Virus record (IMG/VR): IMGVR_UViG_3300044946_000078
Coordinates: 1 to 64,000 of that record
Source of the DNA: a virus
Reading direction: 5' to 3' (one strand)
Length of the DNA stretch: 64,000 nt
In this document: positions 8,133-16,773 of the stretch, in pieces
Position numbering within the stretch: position 1 is the first letter of the stretch
How the letters are laid out: every line of letters begins with the position of its first letter
Position numbers and translations under genes: made by a program
Notes under the pieces: model-generated
Databases searched by the model: none
The model's input: the letters and a program-made list of their open reading frames with translations, nothing else
What the model was told of the DNA's origin: nothing

Positions 8133-8299
8133 AAAAGCTAAAGGGCCAAATGTATGGCCCTTGTTCCCAGCATGCTGATCTCATTAGTCGGCAAAAAAAG
8201 AAAGGATTAGCACTCGTCAATATATGCGGTGTGAGTCCAGGACTCAGGGAAAATCACCAGTCCCATTAGCTGGAAATGATAAAGCCCCTTCTTTCTTTC

Positions 8300-8335
8300 A
8301 AACCCTCGCTATTAACGGTAGCGGGGGTTTGTTTT
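8300..8335. terminator. hairpin terminator between the convergent passenger gene and transposase
   Basis: AAACCCTCGCTA-N7-TAGCGGGGGTTT followed by GTTTT. Confidence 0.7.
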
Positions 8336-8346
8336 ATAAAGATACG

Positions 8347-9306
8347 TCATTTTGTGACGTTTTTTGCGCCTGTCAGTTCCTTGTAAGTAAGGCGGCTATT
8401 AGCGCAACGTTCTACAGCCTTCTGGAATCTTTGGATATTAGAGTAGTCCCGCTTGTTGTACCTATCGGAAAACTCGTCCGCGTACCGTTGTAAATGCTGG
8501 GGCGAAACTGCGTGGTGTGTACCGGATAACCCCCTCTTAAATAGGCTCCAAAAGTTTTCTATCCCGTTGGTACTGAATGCTCCATTTACGTATTGGCCAT
8601 CCAGATGATTTACCGTTATATGGAAATAGTCATTTTTGAGCGAATTATAGGAGGCCCAGGTATCTGTTACCATAATACTGGACTTCTCGATCCACCCTTC
8701 GACAATAGGTATTAAGGTTTCGGCTTTAGCATCAGGGACAATCTTTGTCCTTACCTGTCCTCTCAATCCCTGAGCGCCAAATACCATAGTCTTTCCTTTA
8801 GCAGACCGACCGTGGGCATTTTTTATCCTTTTGTCCGCGTGCTTATTTTTCTCCTTTCCACCTATGATGGTTTCATCCAAAACGGCATAGTCTTTTAGCA
8901 AAGCGGGTTCAGTTTCTTTGAGCATATTCCTAAGACGGTGGTTAATAAACCATGCCGTTTTCTGGCTCGTCCCGATCCTGGATGCCAATTCTACGGAGCT
9001 AATACCGTTCTTACAGATGGATATTTCATACGCAGCCTGTAACCACTTCCGGAACTCTACTTTGCTACCTTCAAATATGCTACCAGTCCGCACTGTAAAG
9101 GGCAAGCCACATTCACGATTAGCGCAACGATAAGACGATATATCGGTGAACTTTCCACGGGCCTTTACCTTGTAGAACTTAGCTGATCCACAATGCGGAC
9201 ATACCGGAACACCGCCCCACCTTACTTGTTCAAAGAACTCATAGCAGGTCTTTTCGTCCTTAAAGTAGTCGTTAAATTCGTGGATAGTTTTGAAGGCAAA
9301 GTCCAT
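8347..9306 (-). CDS. IS1595-family (ISXO2-like) DDE transposase
   Basis: Zn ribbon CPHC..C...C, SQKTAW HTH, catalytic LDET / VTD / IENFW. Confidence 0.95.
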   Translation of the reverse strand: MDFAFKTIHEFNDYFKDEKTCYEFFEQVRWGGVPVCPHCGSAKFYKVKARGKFTDISSYRCANRECGLPFTVRTGSIFEGSKVEFRKWLQAAYEISICKNGISSVELASRIGTSQKTAWFINHRLRNMLKETEPALLKDYAVLDETIIGGKEKNKHADKRIKNAHGRSAKGKTMVFGAQGLRGQVRTKIVPDAKAETLIPIVEGWIEKSSIMVTDTWASYNSLKNDYFHITVNHLDGQYVNGAFSTNGIENFWSLFKRGLSGTHHAVSPQHLQRYADEFSDRYNKRDYSNIQRFQKAVERCANSRLTYKELTGAKNVTK

Positions 9307-9325
9307 TTTGTTGTTATTGATACAT

Positions 9326-9357
9326 CAAAGATAACAACTGCGTGTAACATCTCCTAA
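9326..9357 (-). promoter_or_regulatory. transposase promoter
   Basis: TTAG-N20-TATCTTTG. Confidence 0.6.
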
Positions 9358-9435
9358 TATTTTAGACTCTTTTTTTTACTTTTTACCCGGTTTTAATTTG
9401 CGTGTATTTGGGTATACTCGCCAAAACAAAATATC

Positions 9436-9675
9436 ATGAAAAGTTCAGTAAAAATCGATGTCGATTCCGCCAGTCAGCCAATCTTACACGTTCAGGTTTA
9501 CTACAGTGGAACGGATGATGTTCGCGACAAGCTCCTGCAATTATTTATTTCTGCCTCTGTGGACCATGGCCTCTTTCTTGAGGAGGGATTTAAGTCTGAA
9601 GACGGGCCTCAACAGTATATTATTCGCCCCAAAAACCAGGTGAATTTTGTTGAGCCAGACGCAGAAGCAGCCTAA
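9436..9675 (+). CDS. hypothetical protein (leader interrupted by the tIS)
   Basis: ATG lies 5 bp after the right TSD. Confidence 0.65.
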   Translation: MKSSVKIDVDSASQPILHVQVYYSGTDDVRDKLLQLFISASVDHGLFLEEGFKSEDGPQQYIIRPKNQVNFVEPDAEAA

Positions 9676-9701
9676 TTTTACACTCACGTTTTACCCACAT
9701 C

Positions 9702-9744
9702 AAAGGCCCGGCAGATGATTTCTCCCATCTGAACGGGCTTTTTT
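9702..9744 (+). terminator. intrinsic terminator
   Basis: GGCCCG-CAGATG...CATCTG-CGGGCT followed by a T tract. Confidence 0.6.
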
Positions 9745-9824
9745 CATTATCTTAGCTCCAAGTCTCCCACAGTGAGCATTACTACAAACTGCACCAGTAT
9801 TCGGGCGGATAAATCATTTTTTTT

Positions 9825-10076
9825 ATGACAGTAAGACAACTCAAAGACTTCCTGGATCAATTATCAGACGATGCCCAAGTGCTTATCGAAACTGACAAAG
9901 AAGTCTTTATTACTGCTTGCCAAGCTCAATCCGAAATTATAGATTTATGCCTGGATGATATTCCTGACGACGAAGTAAGCGACAGCGATATTCAACCGGC
10001 CCTCGTTCTACGGCCATGCACTTGTCATACCGAAGGCGAAGTAATCCCGCAAATGGACGCCCTGATCATGAATTAA
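9825..10076 (+). CDS. hypothetical acidic protein
   Basis: MTVRQLKDFLDQLSDDAQV, a common phage N-terminal motif. Confidence 0.7.
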   Translation: MTVRQLKDFLDQLSDDAQVLIETDKEVFITACQAQSEIIDLCLDDIPDDEVSDSDIQPALVLRPCTCHTEGEVIPQMDALIMN

Positions 10077-10084
10077 GCCGGTTC

Positions 10085-10620
10085 GGGGGCCGCAAAGTTG
10101 CGGCCCCCGGTTCCCCACAACGCCCTTTAAATTCTCCATAAAAAGAGGGCACCCTTATTCCCATTGGCTTTCATAACCAAGCACCTTCCCCATAAACACC
10201 CCACCGTTCTTAAAAGAGGACCAATCCCAAACCGGGTATATCCTAAAATAACCCCCCGAAACCTTCACGTCTCGACCTCAGAGGCGCCCCCCCCTAGATA
10301 GCGAGCACCCCCGCCAATGGGGTTTTGGCCTTTAATGACCCCAGTGGCATCGATAAAGGCATTCCAATAGGCCAGTGATGGAATAGGAATGGAATTCAAT
10401 GGATTGGAGGGGCCGAACTGATTTTGAACACTGTTTTAGGCTGTTGGTAGAGACTATTTGGTTAATGGGCTGTTTGCCAGGTCTGTTGTGGGGATTATGG
10501 TGGAAACTATGGCGATAGGTGTTTTAGTTCGCTGCTGGGGCTGTTTGGTGGCTCTGTGTGGATTGAGAGGGCTGTAGTTGGATGAGGAGATTTATTTTGG
10601 TGGATTTATTTGGAGGTTAG
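10085..10620. other. non-coding region, candidate genome terminus, pac site or origin
   Basis: Longest ORF-free stretch; GC hairpin 10085-10108; C-rich to ~10315 then G/T-rich; GGAAT and CTGT repeats. Confidence 0.5.
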
Positions 10621-10640
10621 ATGATAGTAATGTATATTTG
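10609..10640 (+). promoter_or_regulatory. consensus sigma-A promoter
   Basis: TTTG(10609-10612)-N20-TATATTTG(10633-10640). Confidence 0.8.
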
Positions 10641-10644
10641 TTAC

Positions 10645-11094
10645 ATGATGCGAAATAAAGGATATTTTGGAATTGGTTGCTATGCAATGAAAAATGTTAT
10701 TAATTACGGAACACTATTTAGAACTGCTCAGATATTCGGGGCCGATTTTATATTCGTTATTGGATGTAGATTTAAACGCCAACCTTCCGACACTATGAAA
10801 TCATGGAAACATCTTCCATCCTATGATTATACTGATTTTGATGACTTTAATTCTCATAGGCCTATTGATTGTCCTCTTATATGTATTGAATTGGATTCGC
10901 AAGCTGTTGATTTAAATACATTTGTACATCCGAAATCAGCCTGTTACCTATTAGGCGCTGAAGATCACGGTTTGCCAGCGACAATATTAAAAAAAGCTCA
11001 ATCTATTGTAAAGTTGCCAGGCGAACGTAGTTTAAATGTCTCAGTTGCTGGCTCCATTGTTCTTTATGACCGCATAACTAAATGCAACAAATAA
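10645..11094 (+). CDS. TrmH/SpoU-family (SPOUT) RNA methyltransferase
   Basis: NYGTLFRTA, LLGAEDHGL and SLNVSVAGSIVLYDR motifs; start moved downstream of the promoter. Confidence 0.92.
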   Translation: MMRNKGYFGIGCYAMKNVINYGTLFRTAQIFGADFIFVIGCRFKRQPSDTMKSWKHLPSYDYTDFDDFNSHRPIDCPLICIELDSQAVDLNTFVHPKSACYLLGAEDHGLPATILKKAQSIVKLPGERSLNVSVAGSIVLYDRITKCNK

Positions 11095-11236
11095 ATGATC
11101 ATTACTAGATCCGGACATATTATTAATCTAAAAAGGAACAGCCGGCGAAGGCTATTCTATCTTAGACGTAAATATGGTCTCTATTGGTGGACCTGGAATC
11201 ATTGGAAGTTTAAATTACCTTATAAACTGTAATTAT

Positions 11237-11509
11237 ATGTCTAAAAACAACGATTCAACTCAATTTTATTCAATAATGGCCTTGTTACTGATGGCGACAT
11301 TTATAGTTGCTGTCTTCGTTGGGGCCTATAATGATCAACAACCTATTGTTTCCAAGAAAATAGTACATAAAGTAGAAGAGCGACGCGGCGGCGAAGAGTT
11401 TTATTATCTATATGCAGAAGATCACACCTATTTAATAGTGACACTCATTCAATACACATTTGCTAAAGAGGGCGAAGTCTGGCAAGCTCAATCTTTTGAA
11501 TGGCAATAA
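11237..11509 (+). CDS. membrane-anchored hypothetical protein
   Basis: One N-terminal hydrophobic segment. Confidence 0.6.
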   Translation: MSKNNDSTQFYSIMALLLMATFIVAVFVGAYNDQQPIVSKKIVHKVEERRGGEEFYYLYAEDHTYLIVTLIQYTFAKEGEVWQAQSFEWQ

Positions 11510-11521
11510 ATATTATACCTA

Positions 11522-11872
11522 ATGGAACTAAGTAGACAATCAGATCTATCAGCAGCTTCGTTTCTTTATAAAGATGTTAATGTAACCGAAGGGCAGAGGG
11601 CCTTGTTACACCTATTGCATGATAGAATAAGCAATAAGATGCCTATTACTCAAGAAGACATCATTGATCTTTATTTCGATGTATGTAGCAAAAATGGCCG
11701 AACAATTAGAATCAGGAAAGGGATGAATTGGAATCAAGTTACGACAGCTATAGAGGCCGATAAAGATCACCCAGAGGTTCGATATAAGGCCAGGCAATGG
11801 TTTATGAACAATCTCGGCAATTGCATTATCAAAGGCAAATTATTAGTTATTCCAGTTATAGAAATAGATTAA
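11522..11872 (+). CDS. hypothetical protein
   Basis: ORF in early cluster. Confidence 0.65.
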   Translation: MELSRQSDLSAASFLYKDVNVTEGQRALLHLLHDRISNKMPITQEDIIDLYFDVCSKNGRTIRIRKGMNWNQVTTAIEADKDHPEVRYKARQWFMNNLGNCIIKGKLLVIPVIEID

Positions 11873-11880
11873 AATATATT

Positions 11881-12081
11881 ATGAGCAAGAAAAGTAGACA
11901 AAATAATTATCCAATTGTTGATGAATTGCCCGATGGCGCGATTAGAGTCAGTGAATTCGCCGAAGAATGGCCGTGCAACACTTCCTATATATATAAGTTA
12001 GTCAGCGAAGGCAAAAACGAAAGCCATAACTTCTACATTGTGGTATTTAAAGGCATCAATTTCGTCATTAAAATGAATTAA
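11881..12081 (+). CDS. small excisionase-like HTH protein
   Basis: IRVSEFAEEWPCNTSYIYKLVSEGK. Confidence 0.55.
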   Translation: MSKKSRQNNYPIVDELPDGAIRVSEFAEEWPCNTSYIYKLVSEGKNESHNFYIVVFKGINFVIKMN

Positions 12082-12112
12082 CAATTTTTCTTTAAAAATA
12101 GTTGTAGAATTA

Positions 12113-12144
12113 TTTGATAGTTACAAGTTACTATCCTATCTTTG
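12113..12144 (+). promoter_or_regulatory. consensus sigma-A promoter
   Basis: TTTG(12113-12116)-N20-TATCTTTG(12137-12144) with an AT-rich upstream tract. Confidence 0.8.
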
Positions 12145-12175
12145 ATTCATCAAACAAACAATAACACTTTCCTTT

Positions 12176-12358
12176 ATGAAAAAGATTGAACTTATTTGCA
12201 AAGGGACCTCTTGGTACGCAAAGTTTTATGAACCCCGCGTAATTGCGCTTTTCGGAACCGATACCATTATGACCCCCTATATGAGCAATACGCCCGCAAG
12301 CGTTGTTCTCCGGGAAATATCTGCTAAGAATCCGGATTGTATCGTAATCGTTCTTTAA
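12176..12358 (+). CDS. hypothetical protein
   Basis: First ORF after the promoter. Confidence 0.65.
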   Translation: MKKIELICKGTSWYAKFYEPRVIALFGTDTIMTPYMSNTPASVVLREISAKNPDCIVIVL

Positions 12359-12591
12359 CAAGTTATCTAATCTCTTAACCTCTAAATAATAATTAGTTAT
12401 GAAAAAGATGCACACACACAAAGACTTTAAATCGATAATGCTCGTTCTAGTTATCAGCCTCTCTTTTTTTGCACTCTTAACGTACGTGTGGTTCACCCTT
12501 TTACCTATTGATTAAACTAGCTTGTATTCCTATATCCGCCAAACCCGATACCGTAAATGGATCGGGCTTTGGGGGCAAAACCTCTTACTAT

Positions 12592-12933
12592 ATGACTACC
12601 ATTACCTTATCAAGCAAGAAAATAACATTAGCCACTGTCAAATCATTCGTAAAGGCTAATCGTGATCGCCTCTTTATCAATGTCGAATCCTCTTTTGATG
12701 GAATGTATGATATGTGTATGTCCAAAGACGGAGGATTTAACCCTGTCGAGGCTGCTTCCTTTGAAGGCTCTCCTTTTTATATAAAAGATATGCAAGACAC
12801 AACGTTAGGCATTAAAGGCGCATGGTTTGTTCGCCAAAGTAGTGATTATTTCAGGCATTATGATGAAAATGGATTTGAAGGAATCGCCGTATCAAATTCA
12901 TGCGGGGCTTTTATCTTAGCCATTAAAAAATAG
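12592..12933 (+). CDS. hypothetical protein
   Basis: Likely start MTTITL. Confidence 0.65.
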   Translation: MTTITLSSKKITLATVKSFVKANRDRLFINVESSFDGMYDMCMSKDGGFNPVEAASFEGSPFYIKDMQDTTLGIKGAWFVRQSSDYFRHYDENGFEGIAVSNSCGAFILAIKK

Positions 12934-12938
12934 TCTCC

Positions 12939-13163
12939 ATGGAACCGTCTATAATAAAAATAAGCGGATGTCAAAGTATGACCGGCGATGATTGCCCTTT
13001 TTATCGGATTTCTGAAAATCCAGATGAAGGAGTAGGAGATAAATGGTGTGAACATCCACATGCTCCACGTAATTCATTTTTGACTACCCTAAAGACTAAT
13101 CACCCCAAGTGGTGCCCCTTATTAACACAAAATATCCTAATCACTTTAAATACTTCTATATGA
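12939..13163 (+). CDS. small Cys-containing protein, possibly metal-binding
   Basis: C...CPF...WCEHP...PKWCPL. Confidence 0.6.
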   Translation: MEPSIIKISGCQSMTGDDCPFYRISENPDEGVGDKWCEHPHAPRNSFLTTLKTNHPKWCPLLTQNILITLNTSI

Positions 13164-13324
13164 AATACGAACTTATGTACTGGCACGCTTTCTTTGTTAG
13201 ACGTGGCTTATATTCCAGGGCAACCGTAGCAATGTTCCTTATGAAAGAAGGACGTTTTACCACCAATAAATCAGAAAGCTATTCTAAGCTGTGGCGCATG
13301 ACGTACGCAACTCCTATTAACTAA
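13160..13324 (+). CDS. hypothetical protein
   Basis: Coupled start MKYELM. Confidence 0.5.
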   Translation: MKYELMYWHAFFVRRGLYSRATVAMFLMKEGRFTTNKSESYSKLWRMTYATPIN

Positions 13325-13531
13325 TATTAATCACCTTTTAATATGCTCTCATGAAAAAAATATTGGTTCACGGTGTTGAAATGACTCCTCTCCAAGAAAT
13401 GCAGTTATCCAAATGGTTATCAAACAACCAAATAGCTCTCAATACCCTTTATCCGGCGCAAAGAACAGCGCTTATCCAAAAATGGCTCGTCGCTAACTCT
13501 TAATTTATCACCTTTTAAATAGTAAGTAATT

Positions 13532-13723
13532 ATGAAATTAGAAGGAACGTCTAAAAAATCTCTTTTAATTGATTGCTTGGATATTCTAAAAGAAGCTGTT
13601 GAGCTAGAAGAGCGAACCTATCACATAGTCAATAGAAGTAACCAGCAAGAACCATACATGATGCCGCCTTGGTACATAAAAGCTAAAAGCATCCTCAAAA
13701 AAAGTAAATCCTTAAACTTATGA
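13532..13723 (+). CDS. hypothetical protein
   Basis: ORF with AT-rich leader. Confidence 0.6.
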   Translation: MKLEGTSKKSLLIDCLDILKEAVELEERTYHIVNRSNQQEPYMMPPWYIKAKSILKKSKSLNL

Positions 13724-13829
13724 TACTCTACAAGTTATCTTTTAAGCAAACAGTTATAGACTTCTATGGGTCTAGGATTGTATTTGGATTGTCTCATTAC
13801 TCTTTCAGTAAAATTTAAATCAATTATTT

Positions 13830-14009
13830 ATGTTCAAATATGTATTCATCTTTGAAACCGGCAAAATATACAAGGCTAACGAAATAACAGCGGCGGATCT
13901 TATAAAGGTAGGAGAAGGAATATTGGATATTGTACGAATAAGTGATATGAAACTGCTTAAGACAACCCATGTTGATGGGGCATGGATTAATATACCCGAA
14001 TATATATAA
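13830..14009 (+). CDS. hypothetical protein (59 aa)
   Basis: Manually translated MFKYVFIFETGK...; fills a gap on the coding strand. Confidence 0.55.
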   Translation: MFKYVFIFETGKIYKANEITAADLIKVGEGILDIVRISDMKLLKTTHVDGAWINIPEYI

Positions 14010-14045
14010 TTTAAACGTTACCGGATAACGATACCGGATTTTAAA

Positions 14046-14246
14046 ATGGACCCACGAATAGATGAAACCCTCAAAGCCGTATGGGCTGGCATTCTGACTG
14101 ATCAGCAACTAAAAGATGCGATTACTCATTACCAACAATTAGTTGACTTGTTGTCACCTCATGGTGATATATACGCTCTTACATATAGAGATGCATGTCA
14201 AACTCTCGATACTCTTCGTCGAATGAAATATCTTAGAGAAGATTAA
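14046..14246 (+). CDS. hypothetical protein
   Basis: ORF in early cluster. Confidence 0.6.
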   Translation: MDPRIDETLKAVWAGILTDQQLKDAITHYQQLVDLLSPHGDIYALTYRDACQTLDTLRRMKYLRED

Positions 14247-14256
14247 TAATTACCTT

Positions 14257-14616
14257 ATGCGCCACAACATAAACATATCCAAATCTCAAAACGACTTCCT
14301 AGAACTTATTATCCACGAAGATGCCGCAAAAAACATCTCTGGGGCCGTTCAATGGTGTATAGATGCTTGCCAACGTATCGAAAAACTATATGGTACCGAT
14401 GCTTGTGATATTAGCTTCAACGATATAAGAATACCAGATTTACCAAGCGCCGAAGAAGTACTTAAAGCCGGAGAGGAATATGAAAAAGAACACCCAAATC
14501 GGTTCTTTTCTAGGAATGAAGTAATGGGTATCTTAGAACAATATGAAAATAGCGTTGATCATCTTGCCCCACCTTTTCCTACTGACTGGTTTCAAACAAA
14601 CTATCCAACTAAATAA
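14257..14616 (+). CDS. RHH-like protein with C-terminal module
   Basis: MRHNINISKSQNDFLE...NISGAVQWCID. Confidence 0.55.
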   Translation: MRHNINISKSQNDFLELIIHEDAAKNISGAVQWCIDACQRIEKLYGTDACDISFNDIRIPDLPSAEEVLKAGEEYEKEHPNRFFSRNEVMGILEQYENSVDHLAPPFPTDWFQTNYPTK

Positions 14617-14624
14617 CAAAACTT

Positions 14625-14804
14625 ATGACCAAAAATGAATTTCACGCTTTCTTGCGTAGCGAAGGATTAACAGGACACTACAAAGGAAATTTAAACGACG
14701 GTATCATGTATATACGTGGTAAAGTAATAGGCAAAACACTATGGGATTATATCCGTAGTAAAGCCTATAGTTGTCACTTCCAGGTTGAAATAGATAAAGC
14801 CTAA
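14625..14804 (+). CDS. hypothetical protein (59 aa)
   Basis: Manually translated MTKNEFHAFLR... Confidence 0.55.
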   Translation: MTKNEFHAFLRSEGLTGHYKGNLNDGIMYIRGKVIGKTLWDYIRSKAYSCHFQVEIDKA

Positions 14805-14807
14805 TTT

Positions 14808-15029
14808 ATGTACGCAATAGGATCAGCAATATACGATGGGCTTCTTTCTCACGTCAACGGAAACGCTTATGCCTTTCGCGAAAAGACCGAACAAATAGAA
14901 CAAGGTGCTACAGTGTGTTTTTTTGATACAAAAGAAGACACCATTAATTACATAAAAGATATGCAGAGCGAGACATCCTTTTTTATCGGCGATCTCCCTT
15001 ATCCAGTTTATTTAGGAGATAATCCATAA
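14808..15029 (+). CDS. hypothetical protein
   Basis: ORF in early cluster. Confidence 0.6.
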   Translation: MYAIGSAIYDGLLSHVNGNAYAFREKTEQIEQGATVCFFDTKEDTINYIKDMQSETSFFIGDLPYPVYLGDNP

Positions 15030-15073
15030 CCAATACAACAACTTAGCATTTAATTACGTTTAAATAAGAAAAA

Positions 15074-15418
15074 ATGAACTTGCAAGAATTTCCATTCCCC
15101 AAAATGACAGCCATAGATATGGCATTCCCAACGGCCAGTACTGACCCACTTCTTTTAAAAGAAGCTAAAGAAAGGGGATTTTATAATGGCCATGAAAAGG
15201 GAAACGAAATGTTTAATCAACTATTTTATAGCGGTGGGCAAGTAGTATTTAAGAAGGGAATCTCTGAAGAATTTGCTAATGACGCATATAGTTATCTTCG
15301 GGGATTTATAGGATCGTGGGCTCCTAAACATCAAGAAAAGGAGGCTATATGTGCGCTTATTCTTTCAGAAATAGCTGAACGAGTTGATCCTGTAAAAGAA
15401 TCTAAAAAGAAACAATAA
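15074..15418 (+). CDS. hypothetical phage protein
   Basis: ORF; SWAPKHQEKEAICA motif. Confidence 0.7.
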   Translation: MNLQEFPFPKMTAIDMAFPTASTDPLLLKEAKERGFYNGHEKGNEMFNQLFYSGGQVVFKKGISEEFANDAYSYLRGFIGSWAPKHQEKEAICALILSEIAERVDPVKESKKKQ

Positions 15419-15430
15419 ATACTATTAGTT

Positions 15431-15712
15431 ATGCCCCATACTCCTGCCTCCTGGTTTTCCCATACTAGTGACGATGGCTGGAAATCCGTTATAGATAGAA
15501 ACAATCACCTTATATGCTCACTTCCTCGTATAGCCACTAATTCCGATCAAGAAGCTAATTTAAGGCTATTGGAACGCGCCCCGGAATTGTTAGGCGCATT
15601 GGAAGAAATAACAGACTTGATCGCTACCTATCATTTGGATACACAACAAGATGTTTTTGATTCCAGTTACAAAGCCAAAGATCTAATCAAAAGAATAAAA
15701 GATAACCAATAA
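15431..15712 (+). CDS. hypothetical protein of the HTPGPW...ANARLIAAAPELL type
   Basis: MPHTPASW...EANLRLLERAPELL. Confidence 0.7.
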   Translation: MPHTPASWFSHTSDDGWKSVIDRNNHLICSLPRIATNSDQEANLRLLERAPELLGALEEITDLIATYHLDTQQDVFDSSYKAKDLIKRIKDNQ

Positions 15713-16045
15713 ACATTACTTATGCGCCATGAAAAAATATTTATCCGGGAAGATAAAAGCAAAGTGAGTCTTACCGTTTCTATTGACATCTCAACTTATT
15801 CCAGAACTCCCATAGAATGGGATTTTTCAGTAGCCATTTGCGAGCCAAGAAAGCGTACATGGAAATATGTAACAAATAAGGATGATTATAGTTGGCGAAA
15901 ACTATCCATGGAAGATAGAGCTAAATATGATAGATCCATGTATCTTAAACACGTTACAACTGAAGAGGTTCTGGAAGTTCAGATGGAATTGTGGGAAATG
16001 ATCAAACCTAAACTTATTGATAACCAATAAATACATTACTTATGC
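15701..16045. repeat. direct repeat GATAACCAATAAA(TA)CATTACTTATGC flanking ORF 15722-16030
   Basis: Copies at 15701-15725 and 16019-16045, identical apart from a 2-nt indel. Confidence 0.85.
15722..16030 (+). CDS. hypothetical protein (repeat-flanked)
   Basis: ORF in early cluster. Confidence 0.65.
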   Translation: MRHEKIFIREDKSKVSLTVSIDISTYSRTPIEWDFSVAICEPRKRTWKYVTNKDDYSWRKLSMEDRAKYDRSMYLKHVTTEEVLEVQMELWEMIKPKLIDNQ

Positions 16046-16296
16046 CTTTACTTAATATAGAAGTTCTCAAATATGGAGAGGAAAACCACGCTATCGAGCA
16101 AATGGTAGCTAATCATCGCCAAGGAAGAACTCAGCTCGTCTTAGAAACAATTGCTGGATACATGCTCGCTAAAAGGGCTCAATTTCCTATCGTCAATAAA
16201 GGCTATACAATTTGCTATTTGGACGCCTTTCAACGACTAAATATTTCAGAAGACGGAGGAGAGACCAATACACTTAGTATTTATTGGGAAGAATAA
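16042..16296 (+). CDS. hypothetical protein
   Basis: ORF in early cluster. Confidence 0.6.
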   Translation: MPLLNIEVLKYGEENHAIEQMVANHRQGRTQLVLETIAGYMLAKRAQFPIVNKGYTICYLDAFQRLNISEDGGETNTLSIYWEE

Positions 16297-16306
16297 AATA
16301 AAAATC

Positions 16307-16762
16307 ATGAAAAGAAAAATTGAATTTAGGGCCTTTGACACTGAACTTAAAGTAATGATGGACGACGGAGGTATCTGTGTATATTCAGATGGGACTATAG
16401 GCATGGATATTGGCGATTTTGATTCATACTATGGCCACATAGTAGATCATGATAGTCTCCCAGTACACATAGGCGCAGGAGACGACTGGCTGTTTATCCT
16501 AGATAAAATTGAATTAATGCAATTCACTGACCTATTCGACAAAAACAATACACCCATATACGAAGGAGATATTGTAAGAGACAGTGAGGTTATTTATTGG
16601 GTTGAATTTGGTTCTTTCACTCATGATGAATGTACTTTTCAAGGATGGCTCATTAAAAGCAATAGACTTGGATTTGGTGGGGGCCTATCTCCGGATGATA
16701 GTTCAGTTTTAGAAGTAATAGGGAACATCTATCAGCACGCTCATTTGCTAGAACAAAAATAA
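16307..16762 (+). CDS. YopX-family protein
   Basis: KIEFRAFD...LMQFTDLFDKNNTPIYEGDIV...LEVIGNIYQH. Confidence 0.92.
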   Translation: MKRKIEFRAFDTELKVMMDDGGICVYSDGTIGMDIGDFDSYYGHIVDHDSLPVHIGAGDDWLFILDKIELMQFTDLFDKNNTPIYEGDIVRDSEVIYWVEFGSFTHDECTFQGWLIKSNRLGFGGGLSPDDSSVLEVIGNIYQHAHLLEQK

Positions 16763-16773
16763 ATTCATATTAT

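Larger units (their letters stand above)
5543..9422 (-). mobile_element. IS1595-family transposon with passenger genes (tIS), 3880 bp
   Basis: TIRs GGCAACTATACCCATTTACACACA (5543-5566) and revcomp GGCGAGTATACCCAAATACACGCA (9422-9399), 19/24 match; 8-bp TSD AAAACAAA at 5535-5542 and 9423-9430; intact DDE transposase. Confidence 0.92.
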
